Shown here: one piece after another, positions 1-14,100 of the stretch
Position numbering within the stretch: position 1 is the first letter of the stretch
Layout of the letters: each line of letters starts with the position of its first letter
From: Diadema antillarum
Lineage: Eukaryota
Length of the DNA stretch: 64,000 nt
NCBI RefSeq assembly: GCF_040938485.1
Contig: NW_027271821.1
Location: 124,001 to 188,000 of the forward strand
Reading direction: 5' to 3'
Position numbers and translations under genes: made by a program
Notes under the pieces: generated by a model
The model's database searches: none
Told to the model about the DNA's origin: nothing
The model's input: only the letters and a program-made list of their open reading frames with translations

Positions 1-1195
1 TAGCTCTTGTAGATGTGCGCATGGCTGCCAGATACTGGTCATTAAGAAGGTTTTGGCAGCTTGTATGTGTTACTGTTATGTTGTAAGATTGCCTGCACGT
101 GGAGAGCTTACTGTCTCATTTGACCATTGCTTCAGTGTCATCCCCTCCCTACCTTTCTTACATTGTCCTCTAGTAGAACCGTTGTATAGAGAAATGTTTG
201 CCGAATGAGGCACAGTGCACTCACATGATATCCCCCCATCATGAAGACAAAGAATGCAGGTTTCTGTAGATGCATTTGAAGAGATGATACATTGTTCATT
301 TTCTCTGCAGTCTAGTGAGATCATGTGATCATGTGTTCTATTCTATTTGGTCGATTGAGGTGATCCCAGTACAATAGGCAAGATGAAGGAGAAAAACTAG
401 TAACATAAGTTGTCTACTATGTACCATTTTGTCCTCCACGACTTTGCTTCTAATTGGCCCAGAAATAAGATAATGGGTATGGATATGACACATATTCTTG
501 ATTGTTCTATTACTTTCTATACTTCTACATGTATTACAGCAAAGGGATAATGTATCATATCTTATGTGCGGTATAAAAATTGTCATTACATCATAACTAT
601 GAGCATTTATCTTTTTTTTCAACAAGTGCAGTTACATCTTTCTTACATCGACTTGTGTACATGACTCCAAGCACATACATAGCAGCTCCTATGTACTCTC
701 CTGGCAGGCAGATGTTTATGTTGGACCTTTGCTGCTAAGTTCTGAATTAACGTCTCATTTCCAACATTTTTCATGAGAATAGGCTTCTGTGAGATATAAA
801 AATATTCACGCAACGGAGATCCTACCTCGATATTGAGTTTGCTTGCAGGCAGTACAGTACAAGTGTAATCACAATTTCGAATTCTAAGATACGATTCACT
901 TTTAGTTTAATAATAAGAACATATTAAAAAAAATATGAAAACTTACTTGTCCCCGTTTTGAACACGGCAGTGGCACTGTTAGTGGAAAATCGTAACTCAT
1001 CTCCGAGAATCTGGGTGCCGAGGTTTTCTTGCTGTTTAGGGGCGAGCTGGTTGAGCTCCATTATTTTGTGACAGGTCTGATGGTGGTGTGAGGTTGGTGT
1101 GACTGTGCAAAATGGGCTGCGTTTGTGTGCATCTCCATACAATTGTACATATACAATCCTACAGGGGTACAGCTTTCCCTTTCCTGCAGATGGGA

Positions 1196-1728
1196 TACTG
1201 TATACGCTATAATTTTCGCGTACATAAATTTTCGCGAATTGCCGCTGTCACACATTCTCGCGAGTGGTTAAATTCACGATTGGGGAACCAGAGAAAATAT
1301 GAAGTGGCAAAGAAAGTGTGAATTTTCAACTTACTAGCAAATAAGAATGATACTAGTCTAGTTGTACACTGCATGAAAAATACTTTACCAAACTCTGCAA
1401 ACTAGTAAGTTAGAATTCAACATTTTTGAAGTGGTTAAGTCCATCGCGCTAGATTTCTGACGAGTGGTCCCCTTGCGATAATGGATTGGCTCTCTACAGT
1501 ATTCGTAAGTAGACGTGGACGTGCTATATGTACGTAAACAAGCTTAGCCAGCATGGTCTGTTCGGTAAGCCATGACATGGTATACTAGTACTGAAATGTT
1601 CGTATCATCAAGGCAAGGGATTCATTTTGGAAGGTAATATTTTCACATGTTGTTAATTTCGCGAATAGCTCCAGACTCGCGAAATTCGCGAAAATAAAAC
1701 CCCTGCGAAATATATAGCGTATACAGTA
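1196..1728. mobile_element. Non-autonomous DNA transposon (MITE), TA-flanked
   Basis: Terminal inverted repeats TACTGTATACGCTATA ... TATAGCGTATACAGTA, with internal TTCGCGAA-type repeats. Confidence 0.8.
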
Positions 1729-1775
1729 TACATTGTATTTACCAAGCCATGTTTTCACCTTGTACAATTGCCACA

Positions 1776-1963
1776 TACAGTGGACTCCCGCTTTAACGAA
1801 GTGCTCGGGTTTGGTAGTTTTCTTTCGTTATATCAAAATTTCGTTATAACCGAACAAACAAACAATAAAGAACATAGAGCTCATAATGTTGGAGCCTAAA
1901 TTTTGACTTCGTTGTAACCGGAATTTTGTTATAGCCGTGTTCGTTATAATGGAGTCCACTGTA
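1776..1963. mobile_element. Tc1/mariner(pogo)-type MITE
   Basis: TIRs TACAGTGGACTCC ... GGAGTCCACTGTA with TA at both ends. Same family as 9730-9918. Confidence 0.85.
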
Positions 1964-4900
1964 TCTTCCCTTTTCTGCCAGGTCTCCACGACAAAGAGGA
2001 AATGGAACTGCACATGGGCATGTGTGATGTTTGGAAGCGTGCCTCATCCCATGTGCCAGTGTATATTAATCACATTTACTGTGTCCAGAAATTTGTGCAT
2101 GACTTGCTTGTAACAATGAGAACTCAATGGAACTTTCAATCTCAGCCAAGAGGTTTCTCTGCTGTGGACATGATCACTTCAATATGTCTGCGATAATTTC
2201 TATAATATAATTTTGTAATTAATTAATAATACTTATAATTTTGTAATTAATTAATAATACTTATAATTATTGTTTTGTCTGCAATTTCGTGTAAACTTTA
2301 AAAAAGAAAAAAGAAGAAGAGAGAGTTAAATTCAATGTTGCAGTAATGGGTGCTGCATTCAAACTGTACTTGTGTCTGTTAATCAACAAATTTTCTGTGA
2401 CATTCTGTGGCAAGGCCAATAAAAAAGTGATTCATTTCTTTCCAAGACCAGTAATTGATACTCCTGAAAATTTGTATCACTGTGTCATGATGAGTACATT
2501 CTACAGTGTATTGGAACAAGGAAGTTATGTACAGTTGTATTATACCATGCAAGCTGTACCAGCTCAAAATTCTGGGAATGAGTGATGGAAATTCGGCCTG
2601 GTATGTTCTGGCCATATTTTTACACTTTTTTTTTTCTCATAATAAGGCTATGTATGTTTTGCAGTGGCCTACATGTATGCTTCACAATCAGGAACACACA
2701 CACACACACACGAACAACACTACACATAAATACGCTACACATGGTAATACATGTATATACAATACCTGCCATTTATTGTGTACACTGTACAATTTATGTC
2801 ATGATTTCACTCTTCTACAAAATGCTGGGCACATATGAATGTAAAATATTCCAGCCTTCACAAGTACCATAGCTGAATCATGTTTGTAATAGGACCCTTG
2901 CAGTAACTGTCCCTCTGACATATTAGAACATTCATGTTACTTGTATAGCCAGTATCCCTCTACTAAATCTTGGATCTTTCATAAAGAGCTACAATGTATT
3001 TCCTTCTGGATCAGAAGTACCGGTAGTTGGTGAAAAGGTAGCTCCGTCATATCACACTGATTAAATACAGCACTATTAACTTTAATAGTGTACCAGGAAT
3101 TTAAAAAAAAAAAAAATGTAATGCAAACTGTGAGTTCCTTCCTGCTTCAAAGGTGCCCTGAGGACCTGTGCCAATGCACTTATGTTTCTTTCATGGTGTC
3201 TATTGCAGGACGGAAAGCATTCAAACACTGAAATGAGGTCAATTCCAAGAAGCAGTCAGGGAGATGCTCATGTATGGTATTACATGCATCTCATTAGGTG
3301 CAAATACATGTAGCACCCAAATCAAGGTGGTTTACAAATTCTCTTGTCAATGGAGAAGTAGTTCATCTTTAACCCTTCAGAGACTAGGTCCTGAGTATAC
3401 TCCAGCAGATGTCTATGGGAAATGTATGTTACATGAGAATCGGCTCACCCTCAATGGGTTAAGGGAGTGCCCAAGTAACAGAAACTTGGCAGGTCAAGCT
3501 GATTGGGACCATGGAATTTTCTCATTTTATTCAGGGATAATAACAGAAGCATGTAAAAGGAATGGGACCTGCAAAATTACCATGTTATAACAGGAATCTC
3601 ACCTAGATATACCGGTACGGTACAATGTATTGAAGTCTCACTGTATTTCAAAGCATTTTCTTGCACACTGGTGTTCAAATCATACCATACTGACAGAATC
3701 AAAGAGATTATCCTGTTCTTCCATAAACATGATTACCTTCTACAAGCATTTCAAATATTAACCATTTATTAACTAGAGGTTTCTTGCACTCTCAACCTCT
3801 TTTCATAGAAAGAAACAGTTAATTTTGCACTATTACTGGAAATTAAAATGGAAAATATGGTGAGACAGGGATGATATCAACTACATGGACAAGCACATTT
3901 CCACACACCCCCATCCCATGCATGCACAAGCATACACATAAATATACAACAGTGGCAACAGTGGTTTACAGACCCTAGAGTGGGTACAGTCATGAGCAAT
4001 GCAAGTGCTAAAGGCTCAATACATGGTTCTACACACATATTCTGGCACAAAGGCACTCTTCCTCACAATGAGATTTGGCCAGTCTACACATAATGCCATT
4101 CCATAACATTCTAATAGACTGGTTTGCTAAAACATGCAAATGGTATGTACGCCATCAGAACTAAGGTTGGTCCTTACAACCTGAAACCTTGCACAAGGCT
4201 TGTTCTAAAAAACGAAAAGAACAAATATTTGCATTACAGGCTGTGATTACTTCCTCAATCCTATTGGATGGAGTTGTTACATTGGCATAATTGACCTTAA
4301 CTGACCCACAGCACATCAGTCAATCGCATAAAAGAATTGACAAAGTTTCCTTTTGCGGTTACATCTGAATATTTCTTTGTTACCCCTTGGACTGTATTGC
4401 AATAAGATGATTTCCAACTGGCTGATGGAATCACAAGAGAATATAATCTATAGACCACCACACATGAATCTTAGATGTTAATCGGATTAACATTAGATTG
4501 GACCTTCCAAAGCTTGCACAAGAAATTTCTAATTCTGTGTCCCCTTCTATTCACCTTGCTGCTTTGTCTCGCTCATTTCACCCTAGGCTTCAAAATAGAT
4601 AATACTGGTGTGGCGGCAGTGTTTCAACATGGATCCCTGCTAGACTAAGTACCTCTATTCAAACCACTGACATTTCATTTTTAGCACAAACAAGCAAAGT
4701 CTGTGCAGACTTGTTCCACATAGCCATGTTAAATGAAACCAATGTAGTACAAATTCTACACTGTTTAATTCCAGTACTTGTAGTTCCCACACCATACTGG
4801 AGATTCGCATTGACCGAGTCATATTCCTTACCAGCACATTTACAACATTACTGGGACACACAGTGTAACTGCTAAAGGTATTTGAAATGTGCCTTGTCTT

Positions 4901-5974
4901 TCATAATTCTTCAGTCTTTTCTGCGTAACTTTTCCTCAAAAATATTTTGAACCTGTAAAGTCAAGGAATACTTTGTGTCAAACAAGTCATGCATTCAGAT
5001 CTCAAAGATCTTTCAGCTCTTATCAAAATAATCTACATAAGATTACATGTGACTTTACTCTGCATAACTGTAATAGGTAGTATGAACACATCAACTCTTT
5101 TAAGGAAATATTTTTGCTGAGAGAGAGAGAGAGTACAATTACAGATATTCCTGCTGTAGCTCTCTGTACACAAGATTGCATTGAACGATATGTATCAATT
5201 CTGTATTGGGGTATTTGTTCCAAGTTCACAATACCACTGCCATAAACTGGCTGCAGCTAAGCTGGTAGCTTCACTGCCTGGTAAGCTGAAGGTGTAGTAG
5301 GGTTCAAATCACAGGCTGATTCCTTTTTGTCACATGGTCTATCGCTTCATCTAACATGATACTGATTATTAATGCAGTCTCTTTTCTGTAGAGCTAATGG
5401 CAAAAACACATCTTCTCACAATTCCAGATCATGCGTTTTGCTGATGGAGAAATGTTATGAATTAATTGCCATAAACTGCAACACTGTCCCCTAAATCTTT
5501 GAGGGTTATAGTGCCAATCACACCGATGTGAATTAATTGATCCGAATCATGAAATTCCATCGTAATCTGTATCTCAGGACTTTTTGCCAGTGTTTTTTCC
5601 AGTACAAATCTCACTAAATAACGTAATCAGTCTCACTCTCCAAATCACAAGAAATCTTGTGATTATTGAGGAATTATCACAATTTTTTGAGAAATAGCAC
5701 AACAGTTTGCACTGGGGTGAGTGTCTGAATGACAGAGGAAATAATCTTGGTATCTTCTATCCCACTATTCAAACCACGCACACAAATACAAGGGCAAGGG
5801 TCCTCATTTGGGTAGATTTCAGGCATGCCTGGTTTGGTTGACAAAATATCGCAATCAACAATAAGCAACATATTTCTCTCCATCTGAATGGGCGCAAAAA
5901 AAAATCATGGTATTTGGATCACACTCAAATTCCTATTACTTTGTCTGTTTACACCCATCTATAACGTATAGCTA

Positions 5975-6500
5975 GTATCTCACCAACGGAGACGTCTCCG
6001 CGACCTCTCCAACTTATCAGTCGCAGCAGTCTCCAACATAAAAATGTCTTGCGGTCTCATCAAGGAGACGTCTCTGAGACGAGTTATGGCAGGTTCCAAA
6101 AAATTTCAAATATGAGGGAGCCGTTGCAGGATCACCTGACTTGATCTAGGCAGGATGTCAGCACGCAGATAGGTCACGTGGTTTTTAAGTAGGTCAAACA
6201 GCGTCAAATAGAATCGCGGAGACATCTCCGCGACCTCTCACCAGTTTTTCTGGTCTCCAGCAGGTCTCGGCTACGTCTCTGAGACGTCTCTGAGACATTG
6301 CGGAGACGTCTCAGCAGTCACAGATATGATTAGTCTCCGCGACTGATGGAGACATCTCGGAGACGTCGCAGAGACTTTGCGAAAAATCGAACATGTTCAA
6401 ATTTTTTGCGACTAACAGGCGACTAATCGGGCGGAGACGTCTCTGCAACTAGCAAAATCTAGAGTTGCAAACTAGTCTCAAGCCCGGTGAGATACCCCCT
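5975..6500. mobile_element. Palindrome-rich MITE, probably PIF/Harbinger-type
   Basis: Ends GTATCTCACC ... GGTGAGATAC. About 7 internal GAGAC(G/A)TCTC palindromes and a central AACATGTT dyad. Confidence 0.7.
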
Positions 6501-7192
6501 TGAGGGCTTGCAGAATTTCATTCATCCTTTGATATAACACAACAGGGAGAATACGCTTAAGCTAAAAAAAGAAAAGCTTATAAAAGGAAATACCTGATCC
6601 CATGTAATACTGAATATAGATTTCCCTCACACCAGGAACCTTTTTGCGCATTCAAAAACATTCAAGTTTTGTGACTACAACCACACTCCCCAACATTCTC
6701 CTGTTAATTTTGCTGTGTACATTTATTTGTAGAAGCAAACAATGAATAAGCCAGAAACTGCACACTCAAATATATAAACTCAAACAGCATTTCTTCCACT
6801 TCAACTTCTCAAAAACCTTATAGCACTCTGCTGATGTGACACTGGGTTTCACATAGTACCTGTTAATCCCATAAAACTGTTATTCAGTACTCGTTAGTTT
6901 TATTTGCTTTGCGTGCCTGTTGCTTGGTTTGTTTCAAATCATCACTGATGTTGACCTGGTAATGGATGCAGGAGTATAAAAGACTAAAAAAACCTAATGA
7001 TGTCATCGTTAATGATGGCAAACCCTGAATACCGACATTGATTCCGAAGCAATGGAGACGAAATAGGCAAACACTTATAGTAGGCACATCCTGAAGCACA
7101 AACACACCACCAACTACCGGTACATCACACGCCTGGTGCGTAGCAACTGTGGTTCATGACGTACTGGTATCATCGGACACTCTGGAGACTGG

Positions 7193-7214
7193 TCTCTCTC
7201 TCTCTCTCTCTCTC
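7193..7214. repeat. (TC)n microsatellite at the start of the DHODH 3' UTR
   Basis: Direct reading; it begins about 15 nt downstream of the stop codon on the minus strand. Confidence 0.95.
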
Positions 7215-7228
7215 CCGCCGACTGTCTG

Positions 7229-8070
7229 CTACCTGTGGTCTGCCCCCACTGCCTCGGCCACCGAATTGAAGCCGTCCCTCCTGCAAGATCATTAAGGAAG
7301 TAATTTAATGTACAGTACATTACAGGATGTGTAACAACACTACCACCCCTTGCAATTCAAGTCATCTGCTAGCATGCACATCACATTTATCAGGGCTCCA
7401 CACTGACATTTCTCTCTGGTGGCCATTTCAGGCCACTAAAACCTTTAAATTTCAAATTTTGGGGGCCCGGAAAAAGAAATGTAGTGGCCTGAAATGAAAG
7501 GAAATATAAAATTTCATTTTCAATTTTAGCTGCCTGGTTGGGCCACCAAAAGATAACCTTTTCAGAAATTTGGCAGCAAAACATCAATTTTTGGTGGCCC
7601 CAGGCCATTGGACCATCGCTGATGTCAAGCCCTGCATATTATGTACCTCCCTTGGCAGTCACAGACTTGAGGCATTTTATCAGTCAGTGAGTAAGTAAGC
7701 AAGACCTTGTCTGCAAGGCAAGGTTGTGATTAAAAAGGATACATCCACGTTCTGGCAAAATTTTGGAAGCTAATGTGCTGTTTCACACATGGAAGAATGA
7801 TACTGGTTAAATATCTCAACCCAATGAAGTATCATAAGATCATGAACTGCAGATATTTCTTTGTGTACCTTAATAAATACACCATAGTGCAGTGTTTATA
7901 AGACATTGCCAATGATTATAAACCACCATTCCTGCACCTTCTACAGCAACAACTCAAGCTTTAATGCCTGTAGGGCTGTTGCTTTGCTCTGACCAGCAAA
8001 ACTGCAGCCACTGCAGGTTGCAATTGCAAACAGCTGTAAGAACCAGACCCCAAAATCAATATCATGAAAC

Positions 8071-8148
<78 letters not shown>

Positions 8149-11100
8149 ATAATAATAATGATAATAATCATTCAAGAAATGCTCATTACAAGCATACTTA
8201 CTTCAGTAATTCTTCTAGTTCTCTTTTGATTTTGGCCGGAAGAGGAGGACCCTCATATGCAAATGCGGTGTACAGCTGAACTAGAGAGGCACCTGCTCTG
8301 ATCTTCTCATACGCGTGTTGCCCATTGCTTATTCCGCCCACTCCAATGATTGGCAATTGACCTTCAATGATGTAAATGAGAGTGTAAACAGTATAGGTAG
8401 AGAGAAATTGAAAGCAATGACGTAAAACACAAAACAGTCTATATACATTTTCTCTGGTGTCCATGGCCTATCAGATTTGTTTTAATCTGTTGACTATAGA
8501 TGCAACAAGTAGTTAAAAGAAAAGAAAGAAAACACAACAATGACAGCTCTAAGTAAGGCTGTACTACCTCTACCATCAACTAACTGATTCAAAGATACTC
8601 TCGAAATGTCAAAAGCAGAAGGCTCATCAAATACTTTGTCAAGGCACAATTCTGCATGTCGTCAAAACCAAAACTGGCAACCAGAAATATTTTTGAAAGT
8701 TTTCATTTTCAGGTGATTGTCATGTTTGGTGGAATAACTCATTTTTCTTTTACTAGTGTAAATGTATGTGTGTGAGCAGACATACACACATCAGTCATGG
8801 TTGTACAATAAAATACAAAAAGCAGAGTTTGAATTGATCTTCATCTGATGGACATTGCAAATTACTGCATCTAAACTATAATGTTCTCAAAGATGTTTGT
8901 GTGTCTTTAAAACTTTAACACTATGTGATATAGTCCTGAATAGGCTGCTTCACCTTTTGTCAGTTTGTACATGTCTCTGACTGTTGCGGTAGAGAGCTCC
9001 CTAAGAGGGGCACCACTCAGCCCCCCTGTCTCGCCCTTGTGCACTCCCTGTAGGGTGTCCGGTCTGCTGATGGTGGTGTTTGTCACTATGATGCCTCCAA
9101 CTCCATTCTACAAAAGTACCATGGGAATAATTTTCACGAAATTTGACTAACACAAGGCAAAATGAGCCCAGAGAATCATGAATTCCAGTATACATGAAAT
9201 GATAGTACAGGATCAACATGAAAAGAAAAATCAAAGAGAAAAGAGGGAGATATAAACATGTATACACTAATTCAAAAGAACATAATTATATGTCCATTTT
9301 CCTATTTCTTTTTTATTGGCAATGAAAAAGAAATAAAAAATCCAAAGCAACTGTGAACAATATCAAACAAAAACAAATAAATGACTACATAGATGTAGAT
9401 AGAAAAATTACAATATCTGAAGCGTAGTGCTTGGAATTGTTGAACAAAATACATGTATGCAAATAAATCCAAATCACGAACCACGTTTGAAGAGTTAAAA
9501 GAGACTTGTGGAAGAAATACACAGCACTTGACAGTACGCTCAACAAGATGGCAGTTTGTCTCACAGATTCAGTTATAGAAGGGACAACTGGTAATCAACT
9601 TTCCTCAACAGGTGCAGTTATTATTGTTGAATAATATAGGGTCACTCAGCACTTACAGTCATCTGTCACACTTTCAACTGTTATCAAAGAGAGCAAAGCT
9701 CATGCAAGGTGCAAACAGTCTGTGATATGTACAGTGCACTACCGTTACAATGAACATGGTTATAATGAACTTCCACTGGCAATGAAATAAAAATTCAGGC
9801 CGCAACATTATCGGCTCGATGCTTTTTATTGTTTATTTGTTCGCTTATAACGAAATTTCAATGTAGCGAAAGAAAACTGTTGGTCTCGAGGACTTCGGTA
9901 TAACGAGAGTCCACTGTACCTGAGGGTAGACTCTCCCCTCCGCCCCAACTTCCTTTCTCTCACCTTCTTGTCCATGACAACGGCTGCAATGTCCTCCTTA
10001 TCCTTCTCTGAGAGGTCGGGAGAGATCTTCACCACGACGGGTGGCTTGGGCGAGCAGGGGAGAATGTCTCTGGCAGCCGACACCTGTAGGGAACCAAGAA
10101 GACATTGGCACATGGTGCTGCTGATCAATTTATGATGGAGAACTGAAATCAATCAATCATCTACGCTTAACACCCTAGTTACACTGTGAGATTACACTGC
10201 CCAATACCTTCAGTACACAGCATCAGACACGGTGTAATGCACTCCTGCTGCTCACTCTGTTTGTGTAACCTTAGCCTTCTGGGAACAACAACTTCTTCCA
10301 AAGTGTTGCTATCAGAGACATGCAGATTTCTCCTGGAGCATAGGTACAGACAGATTCTGAAAACCATCAAAGTTTTCTCTGATTCTTTTATTGTAAGGTA
10401 GGCTACACCATATTATACATAATAGATACACAAGCATGATCAAGTTATTGCTAGTTAACTCTTCTTCTTAAGCAATGGAAAGTAGACAAAGATCTTGGGC
10501 TCTGAAGCTGAAAAAAAATCAAAACAAACAGACTTAGCTGAGATTAATGAGATTTCAACCCCATCATATGGTTTTAACTTCATGATACCAACTGTTCATG
10601 TTTTTGACAAACGTCTTGAAAAAAATTGGAATGTAAACTTTAAGTTTTGTTGTGGACCAATCACAATTTCTATAAAGAAAAATGGCAAAGCATTTAGGTG
10701 GATATTTGATTAATCTCACCTCATCAAAAATGATGCATCCTTGTCAACAAGATGCTCCTGGATCTTGCGGATTGACAAGGTGTATTTTTTTCAAAACTTA
10801 TGTCAGCTACCACGCAACATAAAGTTCTGAGACTGGTCCAAAACTATGTAAAAATTCCAACAGTACTAAGAGGAATGACTATCTCAGTCGAGGATCCAGG
10901 CAGGGGTGCACTGGGTACCCGCCCCCTTTATTTTTTTGTTAAAACAAAAGAAATACGAAGGAAAAAATGGAGGGGATGTGTGCACCCCTTTAATTTTTTA
11001 AAGGTGCTCCCCCCCCCCCCCCCCCTTTACAGAATTCCTGGATCCGCCCCTGTATCTGCCATCTGTACCTGCTTTACGAGTTGCTCTAGCTGCTGTCTTC

Positions 11101-14100
11101 CCTGCATGGACCTCAGGCCAGGGGTGTTGGGACTGGACACGTTGATGACCAGGAAGTCTCCAAAGCAACCCAGTTTCCTGACCCCCTTCACGTAGTCCTG
11201 GACCGAATCCAGCGAGGTCTTGTTCTTCCCGAGATTAACTCCCACGATGCCCTTTTCAGCTGGATACATTTGGATTTAAGATGCATGAAGAAAGATTAAC
11301 ATGAACATTATGATTAACTCCAATGACTCCCTTTTCCCCCAGGACAGAGATTTATGTTAACCCGCTGAGGACCAGCTGATTTTGCTAAAACATGCATTTC
11401 CCATAGACACTTGCCCGAGTACACTCAGGACTCGTCCTCAACAGGTTAATACACATTACGAATGACATATAAACATGGATATCTTGTTCTTCCTGAGGTG
11501 AACTCCAACAATGCCCTTTCCCCCTGGATTGTTACATAAAATATGCGTAATGAAAGATCAATGCACATGGATTTCTGGAGTATTGCTGTAATGCAAATGG
11601 ACATACTATCAATTTGAATTATCCACATGAAAATTGTCCTCAGTCATATTCTTCATGCCTATCTGATTTGTTGTTATTGTTTTTTTTAAACAGTCACATA
11701 TATGTAAATGACACACCTTTCATAGTAAAGGGTTTCCCAATTGAGTTTTGAAGCTCCTTCAATTTTCCACACTGACTGTACTTTTGTCTACCTAACAGCA
11801 GAAATCAATCAGTGTACTCTTACTTGAACTGGTACAAACATTCACAACAAAAGCACTGACATAGAGATACAAAGATCAGCTGTGTGAGAGAAGGAGAGAG
11901 AAAAAGAGGGAAAGAAAGTGAGAGAAGAAAGGAAAGTTCAACATGATTTCAACATTACTGAGTGCTCCAGAAATTCCCCGAAGGTTAGCAATCCTTAACC
12001 ACAGGGCCAATTATACTTGAGCACATGACTTTACCCTGGGACATATTAAAACTAATGCAAGGATACAAGTGACACAACAATGCCCTGTTACAGGAAATTG
12101 TTATCAATCTCTCTGGCTTCACACTATCAACAAACTCTAACAATGGAACTTGCAAAGGTCATGAGGAACTATCTCCATGATTCCACCTTGGAGCTGAACA
12201 AAGTCCACAATGAATTTTACTGATGTAAGTGTCTGCACAGAAAGTTGCCATCTCATAGAGTGAATGACTAACTCTACCTGGTATGTTTCTGATCTATACA
12301 CACAAAAATGACACACAAAAACAAAACAAAATTAAGATTAAGCATTAGTGCTGCATAATGATAGACTAAAATCTATTCATATTTTGCTAATAATCAGGAA
12401 ATTACCTTGGGTTTTATCAGAGACTTGTTTTAGTCTTCTCAAGAGCCTTTCATGCACCACATCATGTCCAACACTGTTAAAACCATACCTGTAATTAAAG
12501 AAACACACATTCTCAAAGATAAAGGTAAAGCACCAATAATAAGACAAGTGATCGCAACAAATAATACATGTCTCATGCGAATACAAATCACTGCCAATAT
12601 TTCCTCTCATGGTTTGTTGATGGGCATCTGTGAATTTCCCCTACTGAGGTACTGAGGTAGCATTTAAATGTTTTGTTATGACACAATATGTAGAATTAAT
12701 CATTCAAATAGAGGGATGAGAAGCAGTAGAGAGAAAGGGAGGGGGCGGGGGAGAGTTAAGAAACCTGTCAGCCACAGTTTGCATCGTTTCTAGAAGTCAA
12801 GCTTTGAACTACAATAGCTTCACTAGTAAGTGATGCTCCACATCAAAATTCTTCATGTGATCTTCAACAGTGGAAACCACAGCACACAACTACTATGGCT
12901 GCACAGACGGCAATGAGACAGAGCTGCAGCACGTCAAATTATGCATCTATGCAAACTAGGATCACATAACAGTCACCCCAACGCTGTTGCAAATAGAAGG
13001 TAATTTAATGTTTTAATGTCAACACACATTCAACGCCACTCAGAGCTTTTAATTAGTGACCATCACTCCTTTCAAAACTTATCCTTTCAGATAATATTGA
13101 CATAAATATTATCACACAGTGTCACTACAATTTTACATTAATAACCCGTTCCTCCAGCAATTCTCCGAGAATCTCCAATGCCCCCGAACAAGATTTTTTT
13201 TTTTTTGCAGGTTGACATGGAACACACAGGTTGGTAATCCACCTGTGCGAAAGCAGTCAAGCGGTACATGTATCCTGTTTTCCATAGTCAACTACGTGTG
13301 CCATCGAACAATGCAAAATATCTATCGGGCGCTAGGTATCGGGCACTGATGGGCTCACACACTCCTTTGTTCTACACTAAAGAGGCACCTGAATAGGGTC
13401 AGAGAAAGCGAAAATCTACTGAGCTCAGCCTTGATTGCTATGTACATCTTCAAACAAGTTTCATACCAAAAAGGCGCACACTTCATTGGAAAAAAAGGCA
13501 AATAATACTACGATACATGCAGTTTTCATACAGAAAGAAAACTGATAATGGCAAAAGAATCTCTAATATATCTAAGCTATCTTTATGGGCAGTAGAACAC
13601 AAATAAACACGAATTTAGGCCACAAAGGCAGGGACTCTTGTCTACATTTTTGGAACCTGGTATAATAGGTTCAGCTATATCAGTTGACACCACGGGAACC
13701 TGTTTTATGAAGAGTTAAAATTGATTATATAGTTGATTTCAACTGTAAGTCTCTGGCAGCCTGTGTCATAAGGAAATTTAAAATTGATTTTATCTTTTGA
13801 TAAAACGGGGCCCAGGTTGCCATAAGGAACAAGTAAAAAGGAATATATCGCAAGTGAAAGCAAAAGTGTCAAGTTTTGGGGAATTACTGCAATAACATCT
13901 CTAATGTTTTTAATGTGTGTGTGACAAGAACTACACTCACATAAAATTCACTCGCAGCATCACTGACAATACCAAACAACAACAACAACAAAAAAAACCA
14001 CCGAAAAACAAACAAGGAAGCTCATGCTGCTCATGCTTCCTTTATGGCAAAATACTTCCTCTATGATGAAATACTTGTAGCTTCACTTTCATACTGTAAG

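Noticed and set aside
1981-3240. Plus-strand exon chain (GLHDKEEMELHM.. / YWNKEVMYSCIIPCKLYQLKILGMSDGNSAW / TESIQTLK*)
   Set aside because: Some splice signals are plausible, but the first segment has no convincing donor and I recognise no protein family. It is unsupported without RNA data.
5248-5320. tRNA-like A/B-box sequence (also about 48661-48735 and the SINE head at 55186)
   Set aside because: No complete cloverleaf or acceptor stem. More likely degraded tRNA-derived SINE heads than tRNA genes.
4655-5883. Short minus-strand coding-like pieces (VQNIFEEKLRRKD*, CCKCAGKEYDS.., ORF 5677-5883)
   Set aside because: They have frequent stops in all frames, cannot be chained and show no recognised homology.
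5975-6500. CRISPR-like appearance of repeated GAGACGTCTC
   Set aside because: The repeats are only 10 bp, spacing is irregular, the context is eukaryotic and there are no cas genes. It is a MITE.
7941-8279. Poly-Cys, poly-Asn and poly-Thr ORFs
   Set aside because: They are translations of the intronic (AAC)n microsatellite.
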